DNA of 60,872 bases, the filler included. It is 8 parts of 8 records of this genome, joined end to end, with 100 filler letters (N's around TTAATTAATTAA, not from the genome) between each part and the next. Parts side by side here need not be neighbours in the genome. Positions count along the whole stretch, not along the records: positions 54,749 to 60,872 come from SRR31156797_38882; 7 more parts are not named here. The stretch is one strand, 5' to 3'. Below the pieces are notes generated by a model. The model had not been told where the DNA came from and ran no database searches. It was given only the letters and a program-made list of their open reading frames with translations. Numbering within the stretch: the stretch's first letter is position 1; the number at the start of each line of letters is the position of its first letter. Of the stretch, positions 58,796 to 60,872 are shown one piece after another. A program made the translations under genes and the position numbers.

Positions 58796-60175
58796 TTAAT
58801 GATCGTCTTCTCTTAAAGTGCCGAATTCGGATAATTTATCCATAACCAGCTTTTTGATCTTCTCCAAAGTCTCCAATGAATTAGCCTCAAATCGTGTAAC
58901 GATCACAGGTTGAGTATTTGAGGCTCTTACAAGACCCCAACCTTCATCAAAACGGATTCGCACACCATCGACTGTAATACAATCATAATTCTTTGAAAAA
59001 TAATTGAAGGCATTTTCAGCAATTTCAAATTTTATCTGGTCAGAATCGGCATGTAATCGGATCTCGGGTGTTGATACGAACTTAGGTAAAGCATCTAGGT
59101 AGTCACTCATTGGCTTATCAGAACGCGAAAGCATTTGAACTAATCTTGCAGAAACATAAATTGCATCATCAAAACCGTAATAATCATCCGCAAAGAATAT
59201 ATGTCCACTCATTTCTCCGCCAAACGGACCTTTAAGTTCTTTCATTTTCTGCTTAAGAACGCTATGTCCGGTTTTCCACATGATCGGTTTTCCACCATTC
59301 TTAATAACTTCATCTTCCAGTACTTGACTGCATTTTACATCAAATACGATCGGAGCACCTTTTTCTGTGATCACTTCAGGAAGGAATAGTGCCATTAATT
59401 GGTCTGCCCAAATAATACGGCCCTTATTATCTACAACGCCAACTCTATCGGCATCTCCATCGTAAGCAATACCCACATCATACTTACCGGTTTTCATAAG
59501 ACCAATAAGATCCGTAATATTCTTTTCAACAGTTGGATCGGGATGATGATTCGGGAAAGTACCATCGATCTCGCTGTATAATTCTGTTAGCTCGACATTC
59601 AGCATTTTGTATAGTTCCGGAGCTACCAAACCACCGGCTGCATTTCCGGAATCTACAATAACTTTAATTTTTCTTTCAACATTGATCTTTTTTGAGACTT
59701 CTTCAAGATATTCATTTTTGATCTTATCATCGGTGGAAAATTCACCTTCACCGATCTCAAAATCATTTGCAATGATCAAGTCTTTGATCTCTTGTATCTG
59801 AGAACCATAAAATGCTTGTTTATCATACGAAAGTTTAAAACCATTAAATTCAGGAGGATTGTGACTTCCTGTAATTTGAACTGCAGCATCAACGGGACGC
59901 ACAAACTGACTGTAATAATTCAAGGGGGTCGGTAGGATGCCAATATCTATTACATCCAACCCCGTTGATAAAGCACCTTTTGCGAACATTTCTTTTAAAT
60001 GCGGTGTTGTTACTCTTACATCACCACTTAAAGCCAAATTCTTGGCACCATTCCGGATCAACCATGTTCCAAATCCCTTACCAAGATTTATTACAACATC
60101 ATCTGTAAAATCTTCTTTTACAACGCCTCGGATATCGTATTCTCTAAAAATAAATTCATTCATTTCAAACCTCAT
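58796..60175 (-). CDS. Phosphomannomutase/phosphoglucomutase (AlgC-like)
   Basis: FREYDIRG, TGSHNP, DGDADR, GEMSGH, RASNT. Confidence 0.95.
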   Translation of the reverse strand: MRFEMNEFIFREYDIRGVVKEDFTDDVVINLGKGFGTWLIRNGAKNLALSGDVRVTTPHLKEMFAKGALSTGLDVIDIGILPTPLNYYSQFVRPVDAAVQITGSHNPPEFNGFKLSYDKQAFYGSQIQEIKDLIIANDFEIGEGEFSTDDKIKNEYLEEVSKKINVERKIKVIVDSGNAAGGLVAPELYKMLNVELTELYSEIDGTFPNHHPDPTVEKNITDLIGLMKTGKYDVGIAYDGDADRVGVVDNKGRIIWADQLMALFLPEVITEKGAPIVFDVKCSQVLEDEVIKNGGKPIMWKTGHSVLKQKMKELKGPFGGEMSGHIFFADDYYGFDDAIYVSARLVQMLSRSDKPMSDYLDALPKFVSTPEIRLHADSDQIKFEIAENAFNYFSKNYDCITVDGVRIRFDEGWGLVRASNTQPVIVTRFEANSLETLEKIKKLVMDKLSEFGTLREDDH

Positions 60176-60232
60176 ATTTTACGTGTGTAAATATACACAA
60201 TTCAGACATAAATAAAATGTTTTTCAAGATAT

Positions 60233-60262
60233 AAAAAAAGCCCTGTTGCATAACAGGGCTTT
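60233..60262 (-). terminator. Rho-independent terminator
   Basis: AAAGCCCTGTT / AACAGGGCTTT stem with T7 tail on the minus strand. Confidence 0.85.
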
Positions 60263-60280
60263 AAAATATTTTAATTCTAA

Positions 60281-60872
60281 TTAGAATTCAAATGCGTAAG
60301 AAACACCGAGGTTAGCATATGCTGAGCCGAGGAATACCTGTGGTACGCCATTAAGAGCAAAATCAAAGGTTTCACCTAAAACCAGCTCTACACCAAGACC
60401 TTCAACAACAAGATCGCTAAGATCATAACATACCATGGCACCTAATTGCAAACCAAGTGCGCTTACAAAGGTATCATAAATATGAGCGTCATATTTCAAT
60501 CCAAGAAAAGGTGCAACATCTACAACTGGAATGTCTACAACCTTATCCAGAGCATATAAAGCATCAATGTTCAAAGAGATCATATTTAAATCGCTAGACA
60601 GAAAACCTTTTGCAGTATTTCTTTGGTATGAAAAACCAACTTGAGCTACCAGAGGTAAGAAATCCGGTAATTCAAAAAAGTCTGCCAAGGGTTTACGTAC
60701 ACCTAATTTAACATCAAATCCGGTATTAACCGGGTTATGATTGTATGCACCTGCAGAAGTACCGAGCAAACCAGGTTCAACTACTCCACCGGCGACATAA
60801 GCTTTCATTCCAAAACCTTCTGCAAAAGCAAATGATGCTACAGCGATTGCTAAGAGAACAATAACGAAACGT
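60281..60872 (-). CDS. Outer-membrane beta-barrel protein (start just outside the window)
   Basis: Frame continues upstream as signal peptide RFVIVLLAIAVASFAFA; amphipathic strands; C-terminal GVSYAFEF. Confidence 0.7.
   Translation of the reverse strand, partial: RFVIVLLAIAVASFAFAEGFGMKAYVAGGVVEPGLLGTSAGAYNHNPVNTGFDVKLGVRKPLADFFELPDFLPLVAQVGFSYQRNTAKGFLSSDLNMISLNIDALYALDKVVDIPVVDVAPFLGLKYDAHIYDTFVSALGLQLGAMVCYDLSDLVVEGLGVELVLGETFDFALNGVPQVFLGSAYANLGVSYAFEF

Overview
This window is not one locus. It is eight contigs joined by identical 100-nt linkers (44 N + TTAATTAATTAA + 44 N), so gene adjacency across a linker means nothing. Taxonomic guesses below come from gene content and composition only. 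(1) 1-10402, AT-rich Bacteroidota: an FGE-sulfatase/BACON lipoprotein, a small T9SS-CTD protein, an 1831-aa C10 peptidase-LRR-ZU5-like-HEXXH protein and an OmpR-type two-component system. (2) 10503-16642, methanogenic archaeon (Methanosarcinaceae-like): leuS, a 56-aa Cys-rich gene missing from the ORF track, cgi121, glpX, an MtaB-type methylthiotransferase and a CBS-domain fragment. (3) 16743-23020 and (4) 23121-31031, Desulfobacterota-like: fatty-acid genes, cydDC-Rrf2-cydA, and GntR divergent from a non-pyrrolysine MttB-family gene plus a Cys/Met PLP enzyme. (5) 31132-36373, deltaproteobacterium-like: a sigma-70 factor and a zinc-ribbon FGE protein. (6) 36474-42633 and (8) 54749-60872, FCB/Marinimicrobia-like: serpin, nadB, polA; rpmF, rnc, ptsI, ptsH, GGPP synthase, PMM/PGM. 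(7) 42734-54648, GC-rich spirochaete-like: leuCD, rex, RNA-modification genes. The best leads are the dual-protease LRR protein with a candidate H-L-T autocleavage site and its operon; a palindromic repeat doublet inserted in-frame in polA; a 22-bp hairpin in the rnc leader; several apparently leaderless genes in contig 7; and the uncalled archaeal zinc-finger gene. No rRNA, tRNA, CRISPR array or transposase was recognised.
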